A stretch of 64,000 bases of DNA from Oceanispirochaeta sp. Lineage in GTDB: Bacteria; Spirochaetota; Spirochaetia; DSM-2461. Location of the stretch: contig CAXXXD010000002.1 in the NCBI GenBank assembly GCA_963663385.2, positions 768,001-832,000 on the forward strand, written 5' to 3'. The notes beneath the pieces are model-generated. The model was not told the origin of the DNA and did no database searches. It saw only the letters and a program-made list of their open reading frames with translations. Of the stretch, positions 47,075 to 57,177 are shown piece by piece. Within the stretch, counting starts at the first letter, position 1. Each line of letters begins with the position of its first letter. The translations under genes were made by a program, and so were the position numbers.

Positions 47075-47564
47075 CAGGGCTCTCTCTCTTTTGGATACCT
47101 GCAGAAAAAAAGGACTTCGCATAGTGACTGCCGAATCCTGTACAGGCGGACTGATCGGCGGTGCGCTGACTGAAGTTCCCGGCAGTTCGGATGTTTTCTG
47201 GGGCGGGTTTCTGACCTATGCCAATGAGGCAAAGGTGGATATTCTGGGAGTGGATAGGGAGATCCTGCAGGACAAGGGAGCGGTTTCTGAAGAAGTTGTA
47301 ACCCAGATGCTCAGGGGCGCTCTTGAGAAAAGCGGTGCAGATCTTGCGTTGGCAGTCTCCGGAGTTGCCGGGCCCGGCGGAGGAACCAGGGATAAACCTG
47401 TCGGTACCGTATGGATCGGAGCTGCAACAGCGGGTGGGCGACTATGTACCCGCAAGTACCTTTTTAAGGGAAATCGCCAGAAAATACGCCTGGAAACAGT
47501 AACAAAATCTCTTGAGATGGCAGAAAAGATCATTTTAAATGATTCCTGTCTTGACAGCGAATAG
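47064..47564 (+). CDS. CinA C-terminal domain / NMN deamidase (PncC)
   Basis: TAESCTGG, PGSS, TYANEAK, GAVS, SGVAGPGGG..KPVGTV. Confidence 0.9.
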   Translation: MSSDRALSLLDTCRKKGLRIVTAESCTGGLIGGALTEVPGSSDVFWGGFLTYANEAKVDILGVDREILQDKGAVSEEVVTQMLRGALEKSGADLALAVSGVAGPGGGTRDKPVGTVWIGAATAGGRLCTRKYLFKGNRQKIRLETVTKSLEMAEKIILNDSCLDSE

Positions 47565-47698
47565 TCTGCATCATATATTTTAGCAGTAGATATCCCTGCG
47601 TAAATCAAGTCTGAATCTTCACTTATAATTCAAGATATAAAAGAGTTATGAAGAATTAGCATATAAATACTATTAATAATTATTGTTTTGGAGAAATT

Positions 47699-49564
47699 AT
47701 GGCGATTATCCGGAAAAATCTGGTTGATCTCCAGGACGACCAAACTGGCGCTTCTGATAATGAAGCACAGAAGGAGCTTGGCCTGGACACCGTAGCGCAG
47801 CCTTCCAGTGAAGACTCGCCTGAAAGCGAACCCCGCACTGTAAAAGTTAAAAAAGCGACTGTAAAGAAAAGAGTAAGTGCAAAGAAAGTGGAAACGAAAG
47901 AAACTGAACCCAGAGAGCCCGAAGGGGATACAGCCGCCGAGGATTCCTATTCAGCTGAAGCTGAAACTGATGTGGAAGAAGCTAAAGTTGTAGTTCCCAG
48001 AAAACGGCTCAGAAAGAAAAAAGTCGTTGCAGAAGCCCCGGCAGAAGAGAGTGCAGTAGTAAAAGAGGCTGAAACAACCGCACCTTCTGACTCAGGATCT
48101 GAGGCTGACGAGGAAACCCCGGCAGCAGATGAAGCCGAAAATGCGGTTTTCGCCGAAACCGCACCTTTTGATGCATCCGTATCGAATAACAGTAACAATA
48201 GCCGGCGTTCAGGCGGTTCGTATAATAGACGGAAAAACGGGAAGTCAAGGCGGGATCAGAACAAAAATCAGAGACAATCCGCTCTCCCGACGGATGATCA
48301 GCCGCGTATTACGATAAATGATCTTTCTGTAATGACTATGCCCTCCCTCAGACAGTATGCGGAAGATATGGACCTGGGAAGGGATGATCTGATCACCCTG
48401 AAGAAGCAGGAAGTAATCTTTGCCATCCTCAAAGCCCATATCGAAAACAACGGAGTTATTTTTGCCTATGGCGCGCTGGAAATCCTTCCTGACGGGTATG
48501 GATTTCTCCGTTCTCCCCAGAATTCCTATCTTCCCGGAGGAGACGATATTTATATATCCCCTTCTCAGATAAGGCTGTTTAATCTGAAAACAGGAGATAC
48601 CGTATACGGCCAGATCCGCTCTCCGAAAGAGGGAGAACGTTTTTTTGCCATGCTTCGCGTGGTCAGCGTCAACTTTGACGAAACCAGTGTAGCCCAGACG
48701 CGTATATCCTTTGAAAATCTGACGCCCCTGTATCCCAAGCAGAGACTGAATATGGAAACGAAGATTCCCGATCCTTCCACAAGGATGATTAATCTGTTCT
48801 GTCCCATCGGTATGGGGCAGAGGGGGCTTATCGTATCTCCTCCCCGGTCCGGTAAAACAGTTATTCTGCAGAAAATAGCCAATGCTATTACAGAAAACCA
48901 TCCCAGCGCCCAGTTGATTGTTCTGCTTATTGATGAACGTCCGGAAGAAGTTACGGATATGCGGCGCAGTGTTCAGGGGGAAGTTATCGCCTCCACTTTT
49001 GATGAACAGGCCAGCCGTCATGTTCAGGTAGCGGAAATGGTCCTGGAAAAAGCCAGACGGCTTGTGGAGCATAAAAAAGATGTTATCATCCTCCTGGACT
49101 CTATTACAAGACTGGCACGCGCCTACAACCAGACAGTACCTACTTCCGGTAAAATCCTTTCGGGTGGTGTGGATTCCAATGCTCTCCACAGACCGAAAAG
49201 GTTTTTCGGAGCCGCCCGTAATATTGAAGACGGCGGAAGCCTGACAATTGTTGCCACAGCTCTGGTGGAAACCGGAAGCCGTATGGATGAGGTCATTTTT
49301 GAAGAGTTCAAGGGAACCGGTAATATGGAACTGGTTCTGGATCGCCGTCTGGCGGATAAGAGGGTTTTCCCTGCTATCAATATCAAGAAGTCAGGAACCC
49401 GTAAGGAGGATCTGCTTTTAACCAGTGAAGAGCTGAACAAAATGTGGATACTCAGAAAGGTGCTTAGTCCCATGGATGATATGGAAGTGACCGAAATGAT
49501 TGTTGACAAAATGCGTAAAACCAAGAATAATGAGGCGTTCCTGAAGTCGATGAATACGACATAG
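47699..49564 (+). CDS. rho: Transcription termination factor Rho with long N-terminal low-complexity extension
   Basis: [43 protein letters not shown]. Confidence 0.95.
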   Translation: MAIIRKNLVDLQDDQTGASDNEAQKELGLDTVAQPSSEDSPESEPRTVKVKKATVKKRVSAKKVETKETEPREPEGDTAAEDSYSAEAETDVEEAKVVVPRKRLRKKKVVAEAPAEESAVVKEAETTAPSDSGSEADEETPAADEAENAVFAETAPFDASVSNNSNNSRRSGGSYNRRKNGKSRRDQNKNQRQSALPTDDQPRITINDLSVMTMPSLRQYAEDMDLGRDDLITLKKQEVIFAILKAHIENNGVIFAYGALEILPDGYGFLRSPQNSYLPGGDDIYISPSQIRLFNLKTGDTVYGQIRSPKEGERFFAMLRVVSVNFDETSVAQTRISFENLTPLYPKQRLNMETKIPDPSTRMINLFCPIGMGQRGLIVSPPRSGKTVILQKIANAITENHPSAQLIVLLIDERPEEVTDMRRSVQGEVIASTFDEQASRHVQVAEMVLEKARRLVEHKKDVIILLDSITRLARAYNQTVPTSGKILSGGVDSNALHRPKRFFGAARNIEDGGSLTIVATALVETGSRMDEVIFEEFKGTGNMELVLDRRLADKRVFPAINIKKSGTRKEDLLLTSEELNKMWILRKVLSPMDDMEVTEMIVDKMRKTKNNEAFLKSMNTT

Positions 49565-49621
49565 GTCAAATTATGCGAATAACGGGATCTTTGAAACGGA
49601 GATCTCCTGGAGGATAAATAT

Positions 49622-49831
49622 ATGAAAGAAGGAATTCATCCCAAATATGAGGATGCTACTGTAAAATGTGCATGCGGGAACGTAATTCAGACTCGTTCTA
49701 CACACGGTGATATGGACGTTGAAATCTGCAGCGCCTGTCATCCTTTTTACACAGGTAAACAGAAACTGGTTGATACGGCCGGTCGTGTTGAAAGATTCAA
49801 CAGAAAATACGGTATCAAATCCAAGGACTGA
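49622..49831 (+). CDS. rpmE: 50S ribosomal protein L31 (Zn-binding type)
   Basis: [29 protein letters not shown]. Confidence 0.97.
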   Translation: MKEGIHPKYEDATVKCACGNVIQTRSTHGDMDVEICSACHPFYTGKQKLVDTAGRVERFNRKYGIKSKD

Positions 49832-49860
49832 TTCTAGTCCGGTTAGTGCAGATTATGCAG

Positions 49861-49888
49861 GCTGTCGCGATTTTGCGGCAGCTTTTTT
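49861..49888 (+). terminator. Rho-independent terminator after rpmE
   Basis: GCTGTCGCG-ATTT-TGCGGCAGC-TTTTTT. Confidence 0.75.
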
Positions 49889-50038
49889 CATTTATAAGCG
49901 ATAATTAATCAGCTATTCAGTCCCTCTTTAGGCAGTTTCATCAGTCTAAATTCTTCCGCAGGTATTTTTTATTGAAATATTATTTAACATGACTTACTAT
50001 GAAAGTGTGTTTGACACCAGTGTTACAGGACTAGGGTA

Positions 50039-51181
50039 ATGGAAGAAATTCAGATTCTTCATAAGGAAATGCATGGGAATGAACCGCAGGTATGCGTTAA
50101 AGTTCCCGGGAAGCTTGATCTTATGGGGGAGCATACGGAGTACTTTGAAGGATTAGTCCTTTCTTTGGCCGTAAACAAATACCTTTATGTATCTCTTTCG
50201 GAGCGGGAGGATAACTCTGTCCGCTGTTATTCTGAAAATTATAAAGAAAGAAAAAAATCCTCCCTGTCCGGACTGAAGTATAAAAGAGAAGATCGTTGGG
50301 CCAATTATGTAAAAGGTGCTGTCTCTGTAATGATGCAGCTCGGCTGTCCGGTCCGGGGACTGGATATTACGATCTTAAGTGAAATTCCGGAACAGGTCGG
50401 CTTGGGGTCTTCTTCTGCGCTGACACTGGCTGTTGTTCTGGCTTTGAAACAGATTTACCAGTTTGATGTCTCCGATATTCAGCTTGTGGAAGCTGCCCGC
50501 CTGGCTGAGATGAAATTCATGAAAAAAGATCCCGGTATTACGGCTTGTACCGTCGCCTATTATGCGAAGAAGGGGCACGCCCTGCTGATTGATACCAGAA
50601 CCATGGATATGGAGTATATCGATATTGATTTTTCGCCAGTGATCTTTCTTATTACTGATTCTCACGTTCCCAACGGCAACGGTTATGGCGAAACGGAAGA
50701 TCTCAGCAAGGTTAATGAAGAGTGCCTGACGTCCCTGCATAAAGTCAGAAAAAATCAGCTTCTTAAAGATCTCTCTTATAATGATATGAGGAGCGGCCTG
50801 GAGAGTTATCCCGAACATATAAGACGGCGCTGCCTTCATGTGGTTCAGGAGATCCACAGGGTAATGGAAATGCGTTCCGCTCTGGAGCATAGGGATTTGG
50901 TGACTGTCGGGAAATTGATGAGCCGCTCCCATGAAAGCCTGCGGGATCTGCTGGAGATATCCTGTCCCGAGCTAGACTGGCTGGTTAAACGGGCAAATGA
51001 AACCAACGGGATATTCGGATCCCGGATGATAGGGAATGGCTTCGGCGGCTGTACAATTAACCTGATAAATGTTAATAATATTCCATTATACGATGAACAT
51101 TTGGAAGAATATGACCGTATTTTCGGTTTCAAGGCAAACCATTTTATTTGCGTACCCGTTTCCGGTGTGAAGTATCAATAA
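50039..51181 (+). CDS. Galactokinase-like GHMP protein with altered substrate and catalytic motifs
   Basis: PGKLDLMGEHTEY, WANYVKG, IPEQVGLGSSSA, SHESLRD..EISCPELD, GSRMIGNGFGGC. Confidence 0.8.
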   Translation: MEEIQILHKEMHGNEPQVCVKVPGKLDLMGEHTEYFEGLVLSLAVNKYLYVSLSEREDNSVRCYSENYKERKKSSLSGLKYKREDRWANYVKGAVSVMMQLGCPVRGLDITILSEIPEQVGLGSSSALTLAVVLALKQIYQFDVSDIQLVEAARLAEMKFMKKDPGITACTVAYYAKKGHALLIDTRTMDMEYIDIDFSPVIFLITDSHVPNGNGYGETEDLSKVNEECLTSLHKVRKNQLLKDLSYNDMRSGLESYPEHIRRRCLHVVQEIHRVMEMRSALEHRDLVTVGKLMSRSHESLRDLLEISCPELDWLVKRANETNGIFGSRMIGNGFGGCTINLINVNNIPLYDEHLEEYDRIFGFKANHFICVPVSGVKYQ

Positions 51182-51204
51182 TTTATCTAAAGAGATGATT
51201 CTTA

Positions 51205-51954
51205 ATGAAAATACTGATTACAAATGACGACGGGATTTACAGCCCGGGATTGCAGATTCTGAAAGAAGTCCTGTCAAAAAAACATGACATTTGGGTAATG
51301 GCGCCCGATGGCGACCGGAGCGGCACTTCCCAGTCGATTACTCTGCGGGACCCCGTTAAGATCAGGAAAATAGATGATCAGTCCTGGTCATGCAGCGGAA
51401 CGCCAACCGATTGTATCGTATACGGTACGGGAGGATTCCTTCCTGTGGATGTGGATCTGGTTCTTTCCGGGATCAATATAGGTCCCAATCTGGGCACGGA
51501 TCTGCTCTATTCCGGTACAGCGGCCGCTGCCCGTCAGGCTGCGTTGCATGATTTTCCGGCTATAGCCGTTTCTCTTAATCGATTCGATCCTCCTTTTGAT
51601 TTTGAGGGGATAGCCGAATTTGTTCTCAAGCATCTGGAGGAACTGAAAGGCCTTTGGGAGGACAGCTGTTTCTTTAATATGAACTTTCCCTCCGAGATGG
51701 ATGTGGATTCCCGTATGGAGTGGACCTGGCCTGCCAGACGGATCTATAACGATGAGGTTGTTCAATTCGAATCCCCCCGGCAGGAAGGCACTTACTGTTT
51801 TCTGAAAGGGAGTATTGTCTCTTCCCAGAATACCGAGGGTTCAGATGTCCTTGCCGTGAAAAGGGGTAACGTCTCTATTTCTGCTGTACGGGTAGCTCCC
51901 GCTATTGTTGAACATATTGGAAAAATACCGGAAAGTGCGGGGTCATATCACTGA
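51205..51954 (+). CDS. surE: 5'/3'-nucleotidase SurE
   Basis: ILITNDDG, SGTS, GTPTDC, SGINIGPNLG, YSGT. Confidence 0.93.
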   Translation: MKILITNDDGIYSPGLQILKEVLSKKHDIWVMAPDGDRSGTSQSITLRDPVKIRKIDDQSWSCSGTPTDCIVYGTGGFLPVDVDLVLSGINIGPNLGTDLLYSGTAAAARQAALHDFPAIAVSLNRFDPPFDFEGIAEFVLKHLEELKGLWEDSCFFNMNFPSEMDVDSRMEWTWPARRIYNDEVVQFESPRQEGTYCFLKGSIVSSQNTEGSDVLAVKRGNVSISAVRVAPAIVEHIGKIPESAGSYH

Positions 51955-52625
51955 TGTCCCATAGAGAAGACGGTTTGACACTCTATGAGAGTGGTTTATA
52001 CGAAGATGCCCTGGATGCTTTTCTGTCCGAGGATATAGATCCGGTGGAAGATGCGGAACTGGCCTATCTGATAGGTCTCTGCTATACCCGGACGCGTGAG
52101 TATAATGCGGCTGTTTTCTATATGGAAAAGTCTCTGGAGCAGGACAGCTCTTTTTTGAGGGCTTATCAGATAAGAATGGTTTTAGGGTATATCTATAATA
52201 TAACCGGGAACTATCCGGCGGCAGAGATGCAGATGCGTCAGATTCTGGATGATGGTTTCGAATCATCCCAGATCTATACCTCTCTGGGGTTTGCTCTATG
52301 GAACAAGGGGAGTGTTCCCGATGCCATTGATTACCTGACACGGGCAATCGAGATTGATCCCGATAATCCCAATACACTGAATTCCCTGGGGTATATTATG
52401 GCAGAAGAAGGAATCAACCCGGAAAAAGCTGTTGAGTACTGCCGTAAAGCTGTAGATCTGAACCCTGAAAATGGAAATTACCTTGACTCTCTGGGGTGGG
52501 CGCTGTTTAAAACGGGGAGCACCGATGAAGCCCGGACCTATCTGGAGCGGGCCGTAAAAAGAATTGGTGACAGCCCCGATATTCGGGAGCATTTGAATGT
52601 GCTGGAGCGTTATGACAGATTCTAG
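51954..52625 (+). CDS. TPR-repeat protein
   Basis: Multiple TPR units; NSLGY, YLDSLGW. Confidence 0.85.
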   Translation: MSHREDGLTLYESGLYEDALDAFLSEDIDPVEDAELAYLIGLCYTRTREYNAAVFYMEKSLEQDSSFLRAYQIRMVLGYIYNITGNYPAAEMQMRQILDDGFESSQIYTSLGFALWNKGSVPDAIDYLTRAIEIDPDNPNTLNSLGYIMAEEGINPEKAVEYCRKAVDLNPENGNYLDSLGWALFKTGSTDEARTYLERAVKRIGDSPDIREHLNVLERYDRF

Positions 52626-54657
52626 AATAAGAAACATTCTATTTCTATTGCTATTCATCTCTATTTCCTCATTGAATTCCCAGCAGAACAGTGCGGTTGA
52701 TTCTGTCAGTATTCAGGCTGCGGAAGAGTTTCGCTGGGGAGTTGTATCCTTTCACGAAGGGCTTTATAACAAAGCAATTCTCTCTCTTGAGAAATCATTG
52801 GCGCTTGATCCTGATAATATCCTGACCAGTTTCTGGCTGGGGAGAGGGTATTATCAGTCGGGGTTCGAGGAGGCTGCTCTGAATGAGTGGCAGAATCTGA
52901 TAGACCAGGGTAACGCCGGATCCGCCCTTATGAGCTTTTCCGAAATAGTGACAGACCGGAGAGGTCTGTCCAGGGAACTAAAATCCAGTGACCGGCTGGT
53001 AGAACTTTATGATATCCCCCGGGAGCAGGAGGGTTTTACCTTTTATAATCGTCCCGTTTCCGTTACATCCTCACCAGATGGTGACGGCAGTTTTTACCTT
53101 TTGTCCTATTTAAATGGCGACCTGCTGCAAATCAGTACAACCGGCCGGATCAGTCATGTTCTTTCGGGCGGTGTTCTGGGTTTTGACAGGCCCTTCGATA
53201 TGGATTTCCTCTCCCCGGATCAGATGGTTGTTTCCGAGTATGGAGCAGACCGGATTTCAATCTGTTCCCGGGCCGGTTTCCGTGTTAATACTATAGGGAG
53301 TCATGGAACCGGGGATGGTGAGTTATTAGGTCCTCAGTATATTGCTGTTTCGGATGATCAATACATCTATGTGTCCGAATGGGGTAACCGCAGGATAAGC
53401 AAATTCAATCTGGAAGGAGATTTTATACTCTCTTTCGGAAGGCCCCGGGCGGATTTTTCCGGTTTGAGAGGGCCTAGCGGTCTACAGCTTCGTAACGGGC
53501 TGGTTTATGTGGCTGATTCCATGACCGGCAGGATTGAAGTATTCGATGAAAGCGGTAACTTTATACAAACTCTGATCAGGGAGGGGCTGAAAGCACCCGA
53601 AGACCTGCTGTTTATTGATGACGATTCTCTTTTAATCACAGATGAAGGACAGATCCTCGTTTATGATATGGATAAAGATGTTATCTCTGTCGCCTCAGAT
53701 CTTGAGGGAATGGGAAAGCGTGTCCTCAGTATTACTCAGGACGGTAACGGGAATATTGTCGCCGCTGATTTTGACCGGAATTCCGTATCTGTCATGACCG
53801 ATCTGGCAACCCTGTATGCCGGTCTCTTTCTCCGGATAAACAGAATCAATACGGCTGAGTATCCCCTGGTGCATGTCGATTTTACAGTGGAAGACCGATG
53901 GGGGAAACCTGTTGTGGGGCTGGATCAGAAAAACTTTTATCTGAGAGAGGAGGGATTGACAATAAAAGACTTTGAACTGTCATTTGCCGGTTACAGCAAC
54001 CGGGATCTGAGTATTTCTGTTCTGGTGGATAACAGCAGTTCCCTTTCTGATAAAAAGGATCTGATTCAGGATGGGGTAAGAAGCCTTTTCCGGAATTTAT
54101 CATCCTCTGATGATGCCAACCTTATAAGTATTAAGGATTCTCCCCAGGTCCTTCTGGAACCGGGTGAAAATCTGGTGGATATCCTGTCTGATTTGACATC
54201 CGAATGGTCCGACCATCCGGCCATTGCCTCGGGGTTGCGATTGGGCGCGTCCCAGCTGATTCCGGACAGGAAGAGGAAGGCTGTCATTTTTTTTACGGAC
54301 GGCCGTATACACCCCGAAACTTTTGTAGATTACGGGTTGCAGGATATGGCGCAGTATCTGAATAACAACGGTATTGCTTTCTATCCGGTTTATCTGGAAC
54401 CGGACTACAGAAATACCGAACTTGACTATATAGCCAGGGAGACCGGGGGCAGTTCCCACTACCTGTTGCAGCCCAGGGGTATCCTTCCGCTTCTGGAGGA
54501 TATCCGTTCGGGCGGCAATGGTTTTTATACTTTGAGTTACAATGCCGTGACACCTACCAGGTTCGGCCAGGCTTACATCCCTTTGACTCTTGAGGTAAAC
54601 TATGTTCGCAAGAGCGGCCGGGATGAACTTGGCTATTTCGGCCCTCTGGAATATTGA
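52612..54657 (+). CDS. Exported protein with TPR, NHL-repeat beta-propeller and C-terminal vWA-like domain
   Basis: Signal peptide; GPQYIAV..YVSEWGNRRISKF and YVADS...RIEVFD NHL repeats; VLVDNSSS and FFTDG MIDAS-like residues. Confidence 0.8.
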   Translation: MTDSRIRNILFLLLFISISSLNSQQNSAVDSVSIQAAEEFRWGVVSFHEGLYNKAILSLEKSLALDPDNILTSFWLGRGYYQSGFEEAALNEWQNLIDQGNAGSALMSFSEIVTDRRGLSRELKSSDRLVELYDIPREQEGFTFYNRPVSVTSSPDGDGSFYLLSYLNGDLLQISTTGRISHVLSGGVLGFDRPFDMDFLSPDQMVVSEYGADRISICSRAGFRVNTIGSHGTGDGELLGPQYIAVSDDQYIYVSEWGNRRISKFNLEGDFILSFGRPRADFSGLRGPSGLQLRNGLVYVADSMTGRIEVFDESGNFIQTLIREGLKAPEDLLFIDDDSLLITDEGQILVYDMDKDVISVASDLEGMGKRVLSITQDGNGNIVAADFDRNSVSVMTDLATLYAGLFLRINRINTAEYPLVHVDFTVEDRWGKPVVGLDQKNFYLREEGLTIKDFELSFAGYSNRDLSISVLVDNSSSLSDKKDLIQDGVRSLFRNLSSSDDANLISIKDSPQVLLEPGENLVDILSDLTSEWSDHPAIASGLRLGASQLIPDRKRKAVIFFTDGRIHPETFVDYGLQDMAQYLNNNGIAFYPVYLEPDYRNTELDYIARETGGSSHYLLQPRGILPLLEDIRSGGNGFYTLSYNAVTPTRFGQAYIPLTLEVNYVRKSGRDELGYFGPLEY

Positions 54658-54660
54658 TCT

Positions 54661-54975
54661 ATGTTTTTTACTAAAAAAGGAAAAGCCCGTTGGGAGGGAT
54701 ACTGCCTCCGCTGTGGAAAATGCTGCTATGAGAAGGAGTTTATTCCCGGAGGAACTCTGATAACTAACTATAGTAAACCCTGCCGGTTCCTTAATGAGGA
54801 AACCCGTAAGTGCAATGTGTATGTAAACCGTTTCAATGCCTGTAAGGAGTGCAGGAAAGTAAACCTGTGGACAGCTCTCTTTTCTCCAGCCCTTCCTCCC
54901 GACTGCGGGTATGTGATTAATGTGCGGAATCGTTTCCGGCTTCGGGAAATCCGGAATCTGTGGAAGACTTTCTGA
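54661..54975 (+). CDS. CxxCxxCC cysteine-cluster protein (YkgJ-like)
   Basis: CLRCGKCC...PCRFL...CNVY..RF..C..C. Confidence 0.75.
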   Translation: MFFTKKGKARWEGYCLRCGKCCYEKEFIPGGTLITNYSKPCRFLNEETRKCNVYVNRFNACKECRKVNLWTALFSPALPPDCGYVINVRNRFRLREIRNLWKTF

Positions 54976-55154
54976 GGGATTTTCCTGGTCATTAGTTTGT
55001 CAGAGCGGGAGAATATACGGATCTGAATACAGGGATCACCTATTTGGAAGGATAGTACGGGATTAAATAATGAAAAATCCCGAAAACTTACAGGTCGATC
55101 AGCCTGTCTAGACCTACAGCATTTGATTCATATATAATAATTTCAGTTAACAAT

Positions 55155-56327
55155 ATGAGAAAATTCCCATTCACGGCCATTGTCGGCCAGGACACAATGA
55201 AATCTGCTCTGATTTTGAACGCTATCGATCCGTCCATAGGCGGAGTTCTGATCCGCGGTCACAAGGGCACTGCAAAAAGTACAGCGGTACGTTCTCTGGT
55301 GGAACTGCTTCAGCCCCTTAAAGTTGTAGAAGGATGTCCCTATCACTGTGATCCGGATGCATCCGGTTTCATTCATGACGACTGCCGGGTAAAAGCGGAA
55401 AGGGGAGAGGCACTTCCTTCAATTGAAGTCGCTGTCCCTCTCGTCGAACTGCCTCTCGGGGCAACAGAGGACCGGCTTGTGGGATCTCTGCACATTGAAC
55501 GTGCTATACACTCCGGAGAGAGGGTTTTCGAGCCCGGTCTTCTTGCTGCAGCCAACCGCGGTATACTCTATGTGGACGAAGTGAATCTGCTGGACGATCA
55601 TCTGGTGGATCTTTTGCTCGATACAGCAGCATCCGGAGTCAACCGTGTGGAACGGGAGGGGGTCTCCGAGATTCATCCGGCCGATTTTATCCTGATTGGA
55701 ACCATGAATCCCGAAGAGGGTGAACTCAGGCCTCAGTTTCTGGATCGTTTCGGACTCTGTACCAGTGTAATCGGGGAAAAGGATGTTAAGCGGCGCAGTA
55801 CCCTGATCCGCAGGCGTCTGGATTTTGAAAAGGATCCCCAGGCATTCTGTAAAAGCTGGGAAGCATCCCAGAATATGCTGCGGGAGCAGATCGCACAGGC
55901 CCGTCGGCACCTACCTGATATTTCCGTTCCGGATGAGATACTGGATAATGCTTCTGCTCTGGCTGTCAAAGTCGGGGCTCAGGGACACCGCGCGGAAATC
56001 ACCATGGTAAAAGTGGCAACGGCCCTTGCCGCTTTCCAGGAACGGGAGGCTGTTACTCCTGCGGATGTACTGACAGCTGCCACTATGGTGCTTCCCCACC
56101 GGCTTGACCGTTTTATTGAACACGGTGGCGCAGAACTCCCTAAGGAGCTGCTGGATGCGCTGCAGGAAGTTTTTGGAGAGCTTCCTTTTATTCATGAGGA
56201 AGAAGAAGCTGACGATGATTTTGATCCTATGTTTGATCCGGATGAAGATATTTTTCCCGGTTCTTTTGCCGGGGGGATGCCGATTTTTTCTTTCTTAAAA
56301 AAAAAGCACCCAGCACTGTTCTTCTAG
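55155..56327 (+). CDS. Mg/Co chelatase AAA+ subunit (ChlI-like); zero-frame product of a frameshifted chlD-type gene
   Basis: [50 protein letters not shown]; acidic linker before the stop. Confidence 0.88.
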   Translation: MRKFPFTAIVGQDTMKSALILNAIDPSIGGVLIRGHKGTAKSTAVRSLVELLQPLKVVEGCPYHCDPDASGFIHDDCRVKAERGEALPSIEVAVPLVELPLGATEDRLVGSLHIERAIHSGERVFEPGLLAAANRGILYVDEVNLLDDHLVDLLLDTAASGVNRVEREGVSEIHPADFILIGTMNPEEGELRPQFLDRFGLCTSVIGEKDVKRRSTLIRRRLDFEKDPQAFCKSWEASQNMLREQIAQARRHLPDISVPDEILDNASALAVKVGAQGHRAEITMVKVATALAAFQEREAVTPADVLTAATMVLPHRLDRFIEHGGAELPKELLDALQEVFGELPFIHEEEEADDDFDPMFDPDEDIFPGSFAGGMPIFSFLKKKHPALFF

Positions 56328-57106
56328 GGGATGAAACCCCTCTTCGTCTATCTCTGGAGGAGCATAATATCCTGCCGGGACGTAAACTGCGAAGAGTATC
56401 CCGCAGCGGCAGGCATTTAGCCTCCGTCCCCGTTCAGTCTGCCGATCAGATGAATGATATAGATCTTCTGGCAACCTGTATGGCTGCTGCCATGCGCCGT
56501 ACACCCGGAGAGTCTCCTTTAGCAGGCAACGGTATTGTCCTGCAGGATCTCCGTCGCCGGATTCGCGTCCAGCCGGTAAAGAAAACAATCCTCTTTTTAC
56601 TGGATGCTTCTGATTCCATGCTTCTGGAAGAGCAGATGAAACTGGCAAAGGGCGCTGTCCTGGGTCTTCTGACCCAGGCCTATCAGAAGCGTTACCGTGT
56701 TGGTGTAATTGTTTTTCATCATTGGCATGCCAGGGAGATCCTGCCTCCCACAACCAGCATTGCCCGAGCCCGTCAGGCTCTGCAGGCTGTAGCAACCGGA
56801 GGAGGGACCCCCCTTGCCGACGGCCTTCATACTGTTCTCCAGGTCGTTCGTTCAGAGCGTATCCGTCATCCCAATGATATGCCGCAGCTTATTCTGGTAA
56901 CCGACGGGAAACCCTCAGTACCCAGAACTCCCGGGGCCGATCTCAGGCAGGAAGTTCTGGAGCTTGCCGGTCAATTCCCCGCCCGGAATATTCCGGCCAT
57001 GGTACTGTCCACTGCAGAACCGGGGAAGGTCCTCCGGGAACTGGCGGTTTATCTGAAAGCGCCTCTCCGGAAGCTCCGGGATGTAGTGCATAGTTACGAT
57101 ACCTAA
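55155..57106 (+). CDS. Full-length ChlD-like chelatase subunit (AAA+ linker vWA, about 650 aa) made by a -1 frameshift at 56297-56306
   Basis: The -1 frame is open from the A9 run through 56450 into the vWA domain ([22 protein letters not shown]). Confidence 0.75.
56295..56341 (+). other. Slippery site TTA AAA AAA AAG (A9; A_AAA_AAG heptamer) with downstream hairpin
   Basis: A run at 56297-56305 in the phase required for -1 frameshifting; AGGGG-ATGAAA-CCCCT at 56326-56341. Confidence 0.75.
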
Positions 57107-57177
57107 CCCAGCAAATAATCAGCTGTAACCGAATACTTCTTGCGTTCCTGATTCAAAAACTCCGAATCAGTCAGTTA

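Noticed and set aside
55155..57106. Chelatase pseudogene, or two independent genes
   Set aside because: The break lies at a canonical slippery heptamer at the domain boundary, both halves keep their motifs and ATG 56450 lacks an RBS; a homopolymer sequencing error is still not excluded
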